DNA of 22,842 bases from Campylobacterota bacterium (lineage in GTDB: Bacteria > Campylobacterota > Campylobacteria > Campylobacterales > Sulfurimonadaceae), in contig JAYEMF010000106.1 in the NCBI GenBank assembly GCA_034717975.1, positions 12,966 to 35,807 of the forward strand, in the 5' to 3' direction. Shown here piece by piece: positions 1-8,483 of this stretch (its first letter is position 1; each line of letters opens with the position of its first letter). Made by a program: the position numbers and the translations under genes. The notes beneath the pieces were generated by a model that saw nothing but the letters and a program-made list of their open reading frames with translations, was not told the DNA's origin and did no database searches.

Positions 1-7
1 AGAGAAG

Positions 8-373
8 ATGAGACTGGTATTTCCAACAGATGAGAACATGGGGTATCTCTCCAAAAGGGGAGCGCATTTTGGCAAAGCAAAATTTTATACGGTAATCACC
101 ATTGAAAATGAAAAGATTGTAGAAGTGGAGGGAGTTCCCAATCCCGGGCACAGCGGCGGAGCGTGCGGTAACGCCGTTACCAACATTATGAGCCTGAATC
201 CTGATGCCCTGATCGTTTCGGGTATCGGCGGAAGTCCTGCGCAGGGGTTTGCAAAAGCGGGACTGGACCTCTATTTTGACAGGGTTTCGCCGACCGTACA
301 GGAGAGCATTGACAGGTTTAACAGAGGCGAATTGGAAAAAAGCAGCGGAGAGGGAACCTGCTCGGCTCACTGA
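8..373 (+). CDS. NifB/NifX family (dinitrogenase FeMo-cofactor biosynthesis-like) protein
   Basis: 121 aa; HFG-x-A-x-x-Y motif (AHFGKAKFY), GIGG motif, C-terminal Cys/His (CSAH). No nif structural genes in the window. Confidence 0.85.
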   Translation: MRLVFPTDENMGYLSKRGAHFGKAKFYTVITIENEKIVEVEGVPNPGHSGGACGNAVTNIMSLNPDALIVSGIGGSPAQGFAKAGLDLYFDRVSPTVQESIDRFNRGELEKSSGEGTCSAH

Positions 374-397
374 TATTAACGCAAAAGAGAGGCTGAT

Positions 398-1126
398 ATG
401 ATACAAAACAGCGACATCGCAATTACCATCGTTTTTGACAACTACCCTTTTCGGGATGACCTGAAAACATTGTGGGGCTTTTCCTGTTACATAGAGACAC
501 CGGAAAAAACAGTTCTGTTCGATACTGGCAGCAACGGAAGAGTGCTGCTGGAGAATATGCAAAAACTAAATATCGATGTGGGAAAGATCGATACACTTTT
601 TCTTTCGCATCATCACTGGGATCACATCGGCGGAGTGGACTCGGTGATCGAGTTGAATCCGGATGTCGATATTATCGCTCCCTCGTCACTGTCGAAGCAT
701 CTGATCAAGGATCTGCAGTCGATGGTGAAAAGCGTTCAGGTGGTTGACGAAAAGAGCTGCCGTATCTCTGAGGATATCTATACGACAGGGATGATGGGCG
801 ATGCGATAGAAGAACAGTCGCTCATTATCGACAGCGATGAGGGATTGATCGTTATAACTGGCTGTTCCCACAGCGGTATTGTTGAAATCGCGAAGAGTGC
901 GCAGGCGATGCTGGACAAAAAGATAGCTCTTCTGCTTGGCGGTTTTCATCTGATGCGTGAAGATGAAGTCGAGATCAACCGTGTGATAGATGAACTCAAA
1001 AAAATGGATATTGGTTATCTGTCTCCAACACACTGTACCGGAGATAGGGCGATTGATAAATTCCGTAATACATTTACGGATAGATTTATCGCCGGAGGCG
1101 CCGGTAAAACAGTACGAATTAGTTAA
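398..1126 (+). CDS. MBL-fold metallo-hydrolase
   Basis: LFDTG, SHHHWDHIGG (HxHxDH), GCSH, GGFH and PTHCTG motifs; AGAGG RBS upstream. Confidence 0.9.
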   Translation: MIQNSDIAITIVFDNYPFRDDLKTLWGFSCYIETPEKTVLFDTGSNGRVLLENMQKLNIDVGKIDTLFLSHHHWDHIGGVDSVIELNPDVDIIAPSSLSKHLIKDLQSMVKSVQVVDEKSCRISEDIYTTGMMGDAIEEQSLIIDSDEGLIVITGCSHSGIVEIAKSAQAMLDKKIALLLGGFHLMREDEVEINRVIDELKKMDIGYLSPTHCTGDRAIDKFRNTFTDRFIAGGAGKTVRIS

Positions 1127-1141
1127 CGGGCCGGAGGAAAT

Positions 1142-2160
1142 ATGATAGTCGATGTAATCAAGCATGCCTTGATGATTACCAGTTTTGTGCTGATGATGAT
1201 GCTGTTGATCGAGTATATCAATGTGCAGACTCATGGCCAGTGCAAAACAGCTTGAAAAAGAGCCGCTTCGGCCAGTATGTTCTGGCTGCTTTTTTAGGGG
1301 TGGTGCCCGGTTGCCTCGGTGCGTTCGCGGTCGTTTCGCTCTATTCGCACCGAATGGTCAGTTTCGGTGCACTGGTCGCGGCAATGATGGCGACCAGCGG
1401 TGACGAGGCGTTTGTGATGCTTAGTATGTTTCCCGCAGAGGCACTCTGGCTGAGTGCGATCTTGTTTATCCTGGCCATTGTAGTCGCCTATGGAGCTGAT
1501 CTGCTGTTTAAAGATCAAAACCGTTTTCTGGTCAATGCAAAACATGGTTTTGAACTGCATGAAGAGGAATATTGCCGCTGTTTTTCAGGTAAAGAGATTA
1601 TAGAGCAGTTAAAAAACATCACTTTTCCAAGGGGTTTTCTTATCACACTGTTTGGTGTTTTTCTGGCTGCTGTCATTTTTGGCGGAGTGGGACCGGAAGC
1701 GTGGAACTGGAAGAAGATCACTTTTACCCTGGGTGCAGTGGTGTCGCTTTTTATCATCACCACGGTACCGGATCACTTTCTCGAAGAGCACCTTTATGCC
1801 CATGTGATCAAAAAGCACCTGCTCCGGGTCTTTTTATGGACTTTTGGTGCTCTGCTGGTCGTGCATTACCTGGAAAACCACCTTGATGTTACTGCGTGGC
1901 TGCAGGAAAATGTTTTATCGGTACTGGTGAGTGCGGCAGTGGTCGGGATCATCCCCGAATCGGGACCGCACATGGTCTTTGTGACCATGTATGCCAAAGG
2001 ACTGATCCCTTTTGCCGTTTTGCTGGCGAGTTCGATCTCACAGGATGGGCACGGGACCCTGCCGCTGCTGGCGGTCTCTACGAGGGCCTTTATCTGGCTG
2101 AAGGTGGTCAATATTGTCGTGGCCCTGTTGGTTGGCATGCTGTTTCTAATGTTTATGTAA
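1142..2160 (+). pseudogene. Putative manganese transporter / ArsP_2 (DUF2899-like) membrane protein, frameshifted near 1241
   Basis: GGAGG RBS then ATG at 1142 (MIVDVIKHALMITSFVLMMMLLIEYINVQTHGQ) runs into TGA at 1253-1255. The rest (PGCLGAF, SGDEAF, IPESGPH, QDGHG) is in the -1 frame, 1240..2160. Adding one G (TG->TGG, Trp) fuses the two parts. Could be an assembly error. Confidence 0.7.
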
Positions 2161-2171
2161 GGAGTGAGGCG

Positions 2172-2600
2172 GTGAAAGAAGATACCTTTGTAGAGTCTGT
2201 CATGAAATCTTTTAAAAGTTTTCGAAATATCTTGCCGATGCTGTTGGCCGTCATTTTATCGGTGGGACTGTTCGATGTGGTGGTATCACAGGAGCTGCTT
2301 GCATCGGTCTTTCAGGGCAGTATGTTTTACGATACGCTTATCGGCACACTGGCGGGAGGGGTCTCAGTCGGACAGCCTGTTGCCAGTTATATTATCGGTG
2401 GTGAACTGCTTGAAAGCGGGGTGAGCCTCTATGCCGTTGTCGCGCTGATCGTCTCCTGGGTGACGCTTGGTTTTGTACAGATTCCTCTGGAACAGGCACT
2501 GTTTGGACGCCGTTTTACGGTTCAGAGGAATCTGCTCGGTCTGATCTTTGCCATGCTTGCTACCATTGCCAGTGTTGAGATCATTAAGGGCCTCTCGTGA
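2172..2600 (+). CDS. Permease, DUF318/ArsP_1-like (half-size)
   Basis: GGAG/GAGG RBS then GTG at 2172, in frame with the 1896..2600 ORF; hydrophobic helices; GQPVASY, GVSLYAV, SWVTLG motifs. Confidence 0.75.
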   Translation: MKEDTFVESVMKSFKSFRNILPMLLAVILSVGLFDVVVSQELLASVFQGSMFYDTLIGTLAGGVSVGQPVASYIIGGELLESGVSLYAVVALIVSWVTLGFVQIPLEQALFGRRFTVQRNLLGLIFAMLATIASVEIIKGLS

Positions 2601-3106
2601 AAAAGCAGAAAGAGGCCTCCTCTAAAATCAGCGGCAAGTACTTTCTTCCTATTGTGCTTTTGATCTATCTCCTCTTCTACCTCTCAACACCGGAAGCGGC
2701 TGAAGAGGCATTTCAAAAAAGTATCCATATTCTGTTGAAGCTGCTTCCCATACTTATGGTCGTTATTCTCTTGCTGGGAACCTTTAATTACTTTTTCAGA
2801 CCCAGGGCGATCGCGAAGCATCTGGGTGAGGAGTCGGGAGTGCGGGGCTGGATGATCGCTGTCGTCGGCGGTATATTGAGCCATGGACCCTCCTTTGTCT
2901 GGTATCAGATGCTTTCGGATCTTCGGAGTCATGGGGCGAGGGATGGTCTGATCGTGACATTTATCTATGTAAGGGCCGTTAAACTGCCTTGGATGCCGGT
3001 GATGATCGACTATTTCGGATGGCTGTTTACCATGGTTGTCACACTCGCTCTGATCATAGCCGGTGTTGTGCAGGGGATGATCATGGACAGATTAGAGGTA
3101 CGCTAA
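2597..3106 (+). CDS. Permease, DUF318/ArsP_1-like (half-size, partner of previous gene)
   Basis: GTGA overlap with the previous gene; LGEESG...GILSHGP...WY motif; hydrophobic. Confidence 0.75.
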   Translation: MKKQKEASSKISGKYFLPIVLLIYLLFYLSTPEAAEEAFQKSIHILLKLLPILMVVILLLGTFNYFFRPRAIAKHLGEESGVRGWMIAVVGGILSHGPSFVWYQMLSDLRSHGARDGLIVTFIYVRAVKLPWMPVMIDYFGWLFTMVVTLALIIAGVVQGMIMDRLEVR

Positions 3107-3864
3107 AAATGTCCTTTGGTGTGTGAGAGGTTGGCCAGCAGTAAGAAGATGCCAAGCCCGATGATCAGAGCAGCGGCAAAAAACTCAAGCAGGTAGCCGT
3201 ATTTTCCAAAGGCGTTACCGCCGCGTTTTTGTACGCCTACCGCAAATATACCGGCAAGCGATATGGTCAGTCCCATTCCGATACTCATTACCAGTGCCGT
3301 GGCAATACCGGTGACAATATGCCCTAACGAAATGGCGAAAAGGGTGATGGTCATAACCCCGGGGCAGGGTACAATGCCGGCTGAAAAGGCTACGGCAAGG
3401 TCGCTTTTGTCTGAAACGCTCACCTCTTCATCTCTCTCTTTGCGATGCTTATAGGCTTCATAAACAAGATAGAGCCCGACGAGAATGATCAAAACCGCCG
3501 AGATGATCATGGAGAGATGTGCGATGTTATGGAATGTCTTGGTAAAAAGGGTCTCGATGAGGTAGTAGACAATGAAGGTGAGGAGCAGAGCCGAAGAGGC
3601 ATGGACAAGGGCGATCAGGTAGCCCATTTTGAACGCTTTTTTGAAACTGCCGCCCTGTTTCAGGAAATAGAATCCTACCAGTGCTTTACCGTGACCGGGT
3701 CCGGCGGCATGGATGACGCCGTAGAGGAAGGCAATGCCCAGGATGGTGATGGTTCCCCACAGGGCATCACCCTCAAGTTCTCTCAGGTTGCCGGAAACAA
3801 GGCTGTTTAATTTGTATTGCCATTGGGTAAGCAATCGAATAAAATCACTATAAAATTCACTCAT
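3103..3864 (-). CDS. Nickel/cobalt transporter, NicO/RcnA (ZevB-like) family
   Basis: HAAGPGHGK and GIVPCPG signature motifs, about 6 TM helices, no long His-rich loop. Confidence 0.85.
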   Translation of the reverse strand: MSEFYSDFIRLLTQWQYKLNSLVSGNLRELEGDALWGTITILGIAFLYGVIHAAGPGHGKALVGFYFLKQGGSFKKAFKMGYLIALVHASSALLLTFIVYYLIETLFTKTFHNIAHLSMIISAVLIILVGLYLVYEAYKHRKERDEEVSVSDKSDLAVAFSAGIVPCPGVMTITLFAISLGHIVTGIATALVMSIGMGLTISLAGIFAVGVQKRGGNAFGKYGYLLEFFAAALIIGLGIFLLLANLSHTKGHF

Positions 3865-4367
3865 TGAAGCTCCAGAACATAACCGAAGAAGAAGTCGCCG
3901 TCGAGCTTTTTGAGCCGATACGACTGTGTTGGGTTGGCTTTTTTGACAAACTCATCCTTGAGAACATAGGCGCTAAACATCTCCTCATCGTAAAATTTTA
4001 TGGCCGTTGTCCCTTCAGGCAGTTTCAGGGTAAAGTAGAAATTGACCTTGTTCTCTTCAATAGTCGCCATAAACGAATCGGAAAGCGGTGTCGGAAGCTT
4101 TCTGTTTTTGTTGTAAAAATAGGTGTAATACTCAAACGCTTCAAGGCCGGAGAAGCTCTCTTTATAGACCATCTCGCTCTCTTTTTCATTCAGTTTCCCA
4201 TTGTGGTCACGGTCATAGTCCATGATGAGCATCTGCGAGCTCATCTCGTCAAAGACCCACCTGATCGTGACACGCTCTTTGCCAACAGCCGGATAGACAT
4301 CGACAAAGCAGTGCGGGTGTGCTGAGAGTATGATGGATGATAGGAAAAACAGTATGAAACTACGCAT
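3861..4367 (-). CDS. DUF1007 family periplasmic protein (ZevA-like)
   Basis: Signal peptide then AHPH-x-FVD, W-x-FDEM-x-S and EF-hand-like DRDHNGKLNEKE; ATG at 4367 with AAGG RBS; ATGA overlap with the transporter gene. Confidence 0.85.
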   Translation of the reverse strand: MRSFILFFLSSIILSAHPHCFVDVYPAVGKERVTIRWVFDEMSSQMLIMDYDRDHNGKLNEKESEMVYKESFSGLEAFEYYTYFYNKNRKLPTPLSDSFMATIEENKVNFYFTLKLPEGTTAIKFYDEEMFSAYVLKDEFVKKANPTQSYRLKKLDGDFFFGYVLELQ

Positions 4368-4451
4368 CGAAACCTTATGGATAAACAATCATTTATATAC
4401 AAGCAAATGTCATACCCATATTTTACCATAGAATTAAATTAAACTAATAAT

Positions 4452-4480
4452 TATATTAAGTATAACTTATGTATAATATA
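4452..4480. promoter_or_regulatory. Candidate NikR-type operator (TATATTA-N15-TAATATA)
   Basis: Perfect 7-bp inverted arms 15 nt apart, matching the Helicobacter NikR TRWYA-N15-TRWYA pattern, upstream of the DUF1007/NicO pair. AT-rich background lowers significance. Confidence 0.45.
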
Positions 4481-4559
4481 TTATTAAAGTGTATTGGCAT
4501 CTCTATAATAGTCAGTATACTTGTGACAATTTACATATTACATAAAATAGAGTTTTCAG

Positions 4560-4646
4560 ATGAACATCACCCTTGCGTCAATCGCTACTATCCGTTCTCC
4601 CTTTTGTGACCTGGTCAATATGCCGGTGCAGCCAAAAGGCATATAA
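4560..4646 (+). pseudogene. trmO: 5' remnant of TrmO/TsaA tRNA methyltransferase (28 aa)
   Basis: MNITLASIATIRSPFCDLVNMPVQPKGI* resembles the TsaA/TrmO N-terminus (I-x-x-I-x-SPF...MP-x-QP); it stops 2 nt before the TauE gene. Confidence 0.65.
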
Positions 4647-4648
4647 CA

Positions 4649-5383
4649 TTGATTGAATACTTGCTCTATTTTTTACTGACACTCTTTTTATCTACCATCT
4701 TTGCCATAGCGGGACTGGGTTCTGCCGTGGCACTGGTTCCCGGTCTGAATATGGCCGGTCTTGCCTTTGACCTTTCACGGGCAAGCGGCCTCTTCGTCAA
4801 CTCCGTGACGACTATTACAACCAGTGGGTTAAATCTCAAAAAGAAGCTTTTTGATTTCAAGTTTGTAGCCCCTTTGGTCATCAGCTCCTCCATTTTTGCA
4901 TTAATCGGGGCTAAACTCTCTTTCCTGGTAGATACCGATACGCTTAAAACGATTTTCGCCTGTGTACTTTTTATCATCGCTTCGATGATCCTCTTTTTTA
5001 AAAAACCTGTCCGCCGGGATGGAGGCAGTTTGAACCGATCGATCTTGCTGATTGCCGGCTCTATCGGTGGAGTGTTTTCCGGATTTCTGGGCATAGGCGG
5101 CGGTTCGATCATCGCTCCGATACTGCTCTTATCCGGGTATGATGCGAAAAAAATCGCTATCGGTATCTCGTTTGTCATTCCCTTTTCATCTATCGTCGCT
5201 TTTACAAGTTACGCCAGTGCGATGGAGCTTGACTATACACTTTTGTCGGTAGTGGGTGCTGCTGCCTATATGGGTGGAATGGCTGGGAACTACATCCTGC
5301 ACTTTAAAGTCTCTTCTGCGATGATCAGAAAAATATTGGCGATCGCTCTGTACAGCATTGCCGTTAAAATGCTTTTAGGTTGA
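4649..5383 (+). CDS. Sulfite exporter TauE/SafE family membrane protein
   Basis: Two repeats with GLGSAVALVP and SGFLGIGGGSIIAP motifs, about 8 TM helices; TTG start. Confidence 0.85.
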   Translation: MIEYLLYFLLTLFLSTIFAIAGLGSAVALVPGLNMAGLAFDLSRASGLFVNSVTTITTSGLNLKKKLFDFKFVAPLVISSSIFALIGAKLSFLVDTDTLKTIFACVLFIIASMILFFKKPVRRDGGSLNRSILLIAGSIGGVFSGFLGIGGGSIIAPILLLSGYDAKKIAIGISFVIPFSSIVAFTSYASAMELDYTLLSVVGAAAYMGGMAGNYILHFKVSSAMIRKILAIALYSIAVKMLLG

Positions 5384-5447
5384 TCTATATCGATGACAAT
5401 GAATGAGAGCATAGATACAATACCGCGATAAAATTTAGGAGAAAAAG

Positions 5448-5597
5448 ATGGTCGATAAAGCCTGCAACAATGAAACATGTATGAAACGTGAGGAGTGCGC
5501 ACGCTATGAAGCGTGGCTCAAAGGTGACCAGAACTATAAAACGTTTAAAGGTAATGAGAAAAAAGGGTGCGGGCAGTTCATCCAAAAAGAGAAGTAG
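5448..5597 (+). CDS. Small four-cysteine hypothetical protein (49 aa)
   Basis: AGGAG RBS then ATG; MVDKACNNETCMKREECARYEAWLKGDQNYKTFKGNEKKGCGQFIQKEK*; shorter than any ORF in the supplied track. Confidence 0.7.
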   Translation: MVDKACNNETCMKREECARYEAWLKGDQNYKTFKGNEKKGCGQFIQKEK

Positions 5598-5660
5598 AGC
5601 TCATCCAGAGACTAAAGGGCACCTCTAAAATGTGAATGAGTGCCGTTTGTACCTCCTCTT

Positions 5661-6896
5661 TCACCCCTTGATGCCATCTGCACGAGGAGTTACTAAAAAC
5701 CCAAAAAACACCTTGATGTACAACATAAAAGGGATCGTCCAGACAATGGATGAGTAGAGGTAGAGTTCTGCCATATAACCTTCGAAAAATGGAATCAGAC
5801 CTCTCATAAGCGTCGCAATTATCATGAGCAGTACCATAAGGTGCGTGTAGATATTTGATGTCAGGTGCCGTCCTGTGTGAATCCAGCCAATGATGATCAT
5901 GATCATCAGATAAGCCAGTCCGAGTCCCCCGCCGGTAATAAAGTGCCTAAAGTGGTTTATTCCGTAAATATCATCATTTAACAGATCCCAGCCCATAAGT
6001 GCATAACCGGCACCCAACATGACAAAAATGGGGGCAAGGTAGAGTATATAGGGCTGATTCCAGATAAACTTCTCTTTCAGATTATAGTCACTTGTAATCG
6101 CTAGGATCGCAGCGCCGCTTGCCAGTCCCAACCAGCCTAAAGCGGAATTGTCAGGATAGAAAAACTCTACGATCGTAAAGGCTATGACACTGAAAACGGC
6201 GAGGTTTGTCAAAGGGGGTCGTGCAATGTAGATATCGTCTATCCCCTTGTCTTCCATCAGTTCATTGACTGCTTCCATATTGACGCGACGCATGGCAAGC
6301 AGGATAAGTACTACGACAGCACCCAGTGCAACTTTGAGGATAGACATGGCATCTGTCTCTGCCAGACCTGCCTGAGAGGCAAAAAACCAGCTTTCAAGTG
6401 CAAATATAGCTACAAGAATATACCCTAAAGAGGCGTGTCTCTGGAGCTTATCGAGCACAATATCTTTGGCAAACCAGATCAGCCAGCCCAGCATGGCAAG
6501 GTTTAAAACAGCGGCCAGATAGACACCCGTGATATCTATAAACCAAAAGCTGACCCGTCCGGCCACCCATAAGATCATGATCTGTTTGAGTCGCTTACCG
6601 ATAAAAGGGACCATACCCGGGAAAAGTTCGGGAAGCCCCGTAGTTAAAAACGCCATGACCCCTGCAGTCAAAATTCCAAAAAGCATCTCATAGACATGCC
6701 AGGTAAGCGTATCGTTCATAAACGGTATGCTTATTACATTGCTCCAGACCAATCCCCAAAGAACCATAGAGATGATCATATAGGGGGCTAGAAGTAAAAA
6801 GACCGGTCTGAACCCGTAAGCCAGGTAGGGCGGTACATCTTTTTCATCGGGGTAGTACAAGTAGTGATTGGTAGCGTGTAGTTTTTGCTCTTCCAT
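5661..6896 (-). CDS. nnrS: NnrS family membrane protein
   Basis: GFRPVFLL, WHVYEMLFG, AFLTTGLPE, HTGR and C-terminal PRADG motifs; about 12 TM helices. Confidence 0.9.
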   Translation of the reverse strand: MEEQKLHATNHYLYYPDEKDVPPYLAYGFRPVFLLLAPYMIISMVLWGLVWSNVISIPFMNDTLTWHVYEMLFGILTAGVMAFLTTGLPELFPGMVPFIGKRLKQIMILWVAGRVSFWFIDITGVYLAAVLNLAMLGWLIWFAKDIVLDKLQRHASLGYILVAIFALESWFFASQAGLAETDAMSILKVALGAVVVLILLAMRRVNMEAVNELMEDKGIDDIYIARPPLTNLAVFSVIAFTIVEFFYPDNSALGWLGLASGAAILAITSDYNLKEKFIWNQPYILYLAPIFVMLGAGYALMGWDLLNDDIYGINHFRHFITGGGLGLAYLMIMIIIGWIHTGRHLTSNIYTHLMVLLMIIATLMRGLIPFFEGYMAELYLYSSIVWTIPFMLYIKVFFGFLVTPRADGIKG

Positions 6897-6911
6897 TAAT
6901 GTCTCCTTTTC

Positions 6912-6968
6912 AAGAAGCTAAGCTCCTTAAAAATTCCTCTCACTGAAGCTTCGCCTTTGGCGAGAAAA
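6912..6968. repeat. Intra-operon palindromic (REP-like) element
   Basis: AAGAAGC-TAA-GCTCCTT and TCGCC-TTT-GGCGA hairpins in the 79-nt gap between the ABC ATPase gene and nnrS. Confidence 0.4.
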
Positions 6969-6975
6969 GTTTTCA

Positions 6976-7713
6976 TTATTTCAGCTCCAATTCAAAGGTG
7001 TCGATGATCTCTTCATCTTGCAATATTTTTGCACTTTCACTATAGACATACCTGTCATCCCGCTCATTTTGAGGCAGGTCATACCGGAATTTCTTCACTA
7101 TATGCCCGGGGTCTGCTTTTAGCAGCAGTATCTCGTCGCTCAGTCTTATCGCTTCCATCAGGTCGTGCGTAATAAAGAGTATGCTGATCTCTTTGTTTGA
7201 GATCATATCGATCAAAATAGTCTGCAGCTCTTTTTTTAGCCCGATATCGAGTGCTGAAAACGGCTCGTCAAGAAAGAGCAGCGAGGGTTTGACTACCAAA
7301 GCTCTGGCAAAACTGACGCGCTGTTTCATACCCCCGCTGAGGTCTTTGGGGAACTTCTCAAAATCTTCCTCTTCCAAACCAAACTTTAGGGCGATCTCCT
7401 GAGATTTTTGCACAGCAACAGCTCTCTTCTCTCCCTTGGCTAACAGTCCAAGAGCTATGTTATCGATCACATTTTTCCAGGGCAGCAATCTTCCCTCCTG
7501 AAAGGCAAAAGAGCTACTGACAAATGTGTTAGCAACACCCCCTTCCTCTACATCCAAAAGATCGGCACAGAGATGGAGCAGGGTAGTTTTACCGCCGCCG
7601 CTGGGACCAACGATAGATAAGACTTCACCTTTGTCCAGGGTAAAGTTTATATCTCTTAAGATCTCGGTAAATCCGAAATGGTGGTTTAGTCTTTTTACCT
7701 CTAGCTTCTCCAT
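6976..7713 (-). CDS. ABC transporter ATP-binding protein (NitT/TauT type)
   Basis: Walker A GPSGGGKTT, LSGGMKQR signature, LFLDEPFSALD, ITHD. Confidence 0.95.
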   Translation of the reverse strand: MEKLEVKRLNHHFGFTEILRDINFTLDKGEVLSIVGPSGGGKTTLLHLCADLLDVEEGGVANTFVSSSFAFQEGRLLPWKNVIDNIALGLLAKGEKRAVAVQKSQEIALKFGLEEEDFEKFPKDLSGGMKQRVSFARALVVKPSLLFLDEPFSALDIGLKKELQTILIDMISNKEISILFITHDLMEAIRLSDEILLLKADPGHIVKKFRYDLPQNERDDRYVYSESAKILQDEEIIDTFELELK

Positions 7714-8483
7714 AACTCAACCTCTCTTTTGATCGGCTCTAAAATAATGTACTCGATGACCATCAGCGAACCGATCATAATGACGACAAGCGCAAGTGCC
7801 ATAGGTGTATCGAGCTGACTTCTTGCAACGGCCAGAGAAGCTCCCATACCATCGCTTGTAGCAAGAAGCTCCGCCATGATGACGATCTTCCAGGCCATGC
7901 CAAGACCGCTTACCCAGGCAGGGAACAGGTAAGAGAAAAGATGTGGAAAATAGACATCAAAAAATTTCATATGCCACGGTAGGTTAAAGCTGTCCGCCAT
8001 CTCTTTAAGGTCGTCATCAAGCGTACGGGTTCCCTGCAGCGCTCCTACAAATATAATAGGAAAAGAGGCAACGATCACGGTAAAGATCACCGTCTCGTCA
8101 CCCATCCCAAACCAGATCATTGCCAGTACGATCCAGGCGATCGGAGGCATGCCGACCAGTATGGTGACAATAGGGCGGCTCATCATGGAAGCCGTTGCAA
8201 AAAATCCGGCAATGAGTCCAAGAATGGAGCCAAAAAGCAGAGAGATGCCAAAGCCCATAGAGGCACGATAGAGGGTTGTTTTGATCTCTTCAATGACTGA
8301 CTCATCCTGAGACATTGCCAGCAGTGTCTTGAATGTTTCAAGCGGAGAGGGGAGCACCAGATCACCATAGATCTGATTTCCCATATCCCAAAATGCAATA
8401 AAGAGCAGTATGGAGGCAATGGCTCCCCACCCGCTCCAGAGATAGGCGGGAAAGTCTTTCAGTATCTTGAAGGCAAATTTCAT
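7701..8483 (-). CDS. ABC transporter permease (NitT/TauT type)
   Basis: LPSP, MPPIAWI, WKIVIMAELL and EAA-like loop; about 6 TM helices. Confidence 0.92.
   Translation of the reverse strand: MKFAFKILKDFPAYLWSGWGAIASILLFIAFWDMGNQIYGDLVLPSPLETFKTLLAMSQDESVIEEIKTTLYRASMGFGISLLFGSILGLIAGFFATASMMSRPIVTILVGMPPIAWIVLAMIWFGMGDETVIFTVIVASFPIIFVGALQGTRTLDDDLKEMADSFNLPWHMKFFDVYFPHLFSYLFPAWVSGLGMAWKIVIMAELLATSDGMGASLAVARSQLDTPMALALVVIMIGSLMVIEYIILEPIKREVELWRS

Noticed and set aside
8..373. Evidence of nitrogen fixation
   Set aside because: A NifX-like domain alone is not diagnostic; no nifHDK/ENB in the window.
1238..1260. Programmed -1 frameshift or selenocysteine read-through at TGA 1253
   Set aside because: No X-XXY-YYZ slippery heptamer before the stop, and the conserved sequence continues in a different frame, so read-through would not restore it.
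1896..2171. N-terminal extension of the 1896..2600 ORF
   Set aside because: It overlaps the upstream transporter out of frame; the GTG at 2172 has a proper RBS.
5385..5585. 66-aa minus-strand ORF
   Set aside because: The plus-strand 49-aa ORF has a strong RBS and a patterned Cys arrangement and explains the region better.
5612..5645. AGGGCACCTCTAAAA / GGCAC...GTGCC as an IS end or terminator
   Set aside because: No partner inverted repeat, no transposase and only a 5-bp stem.
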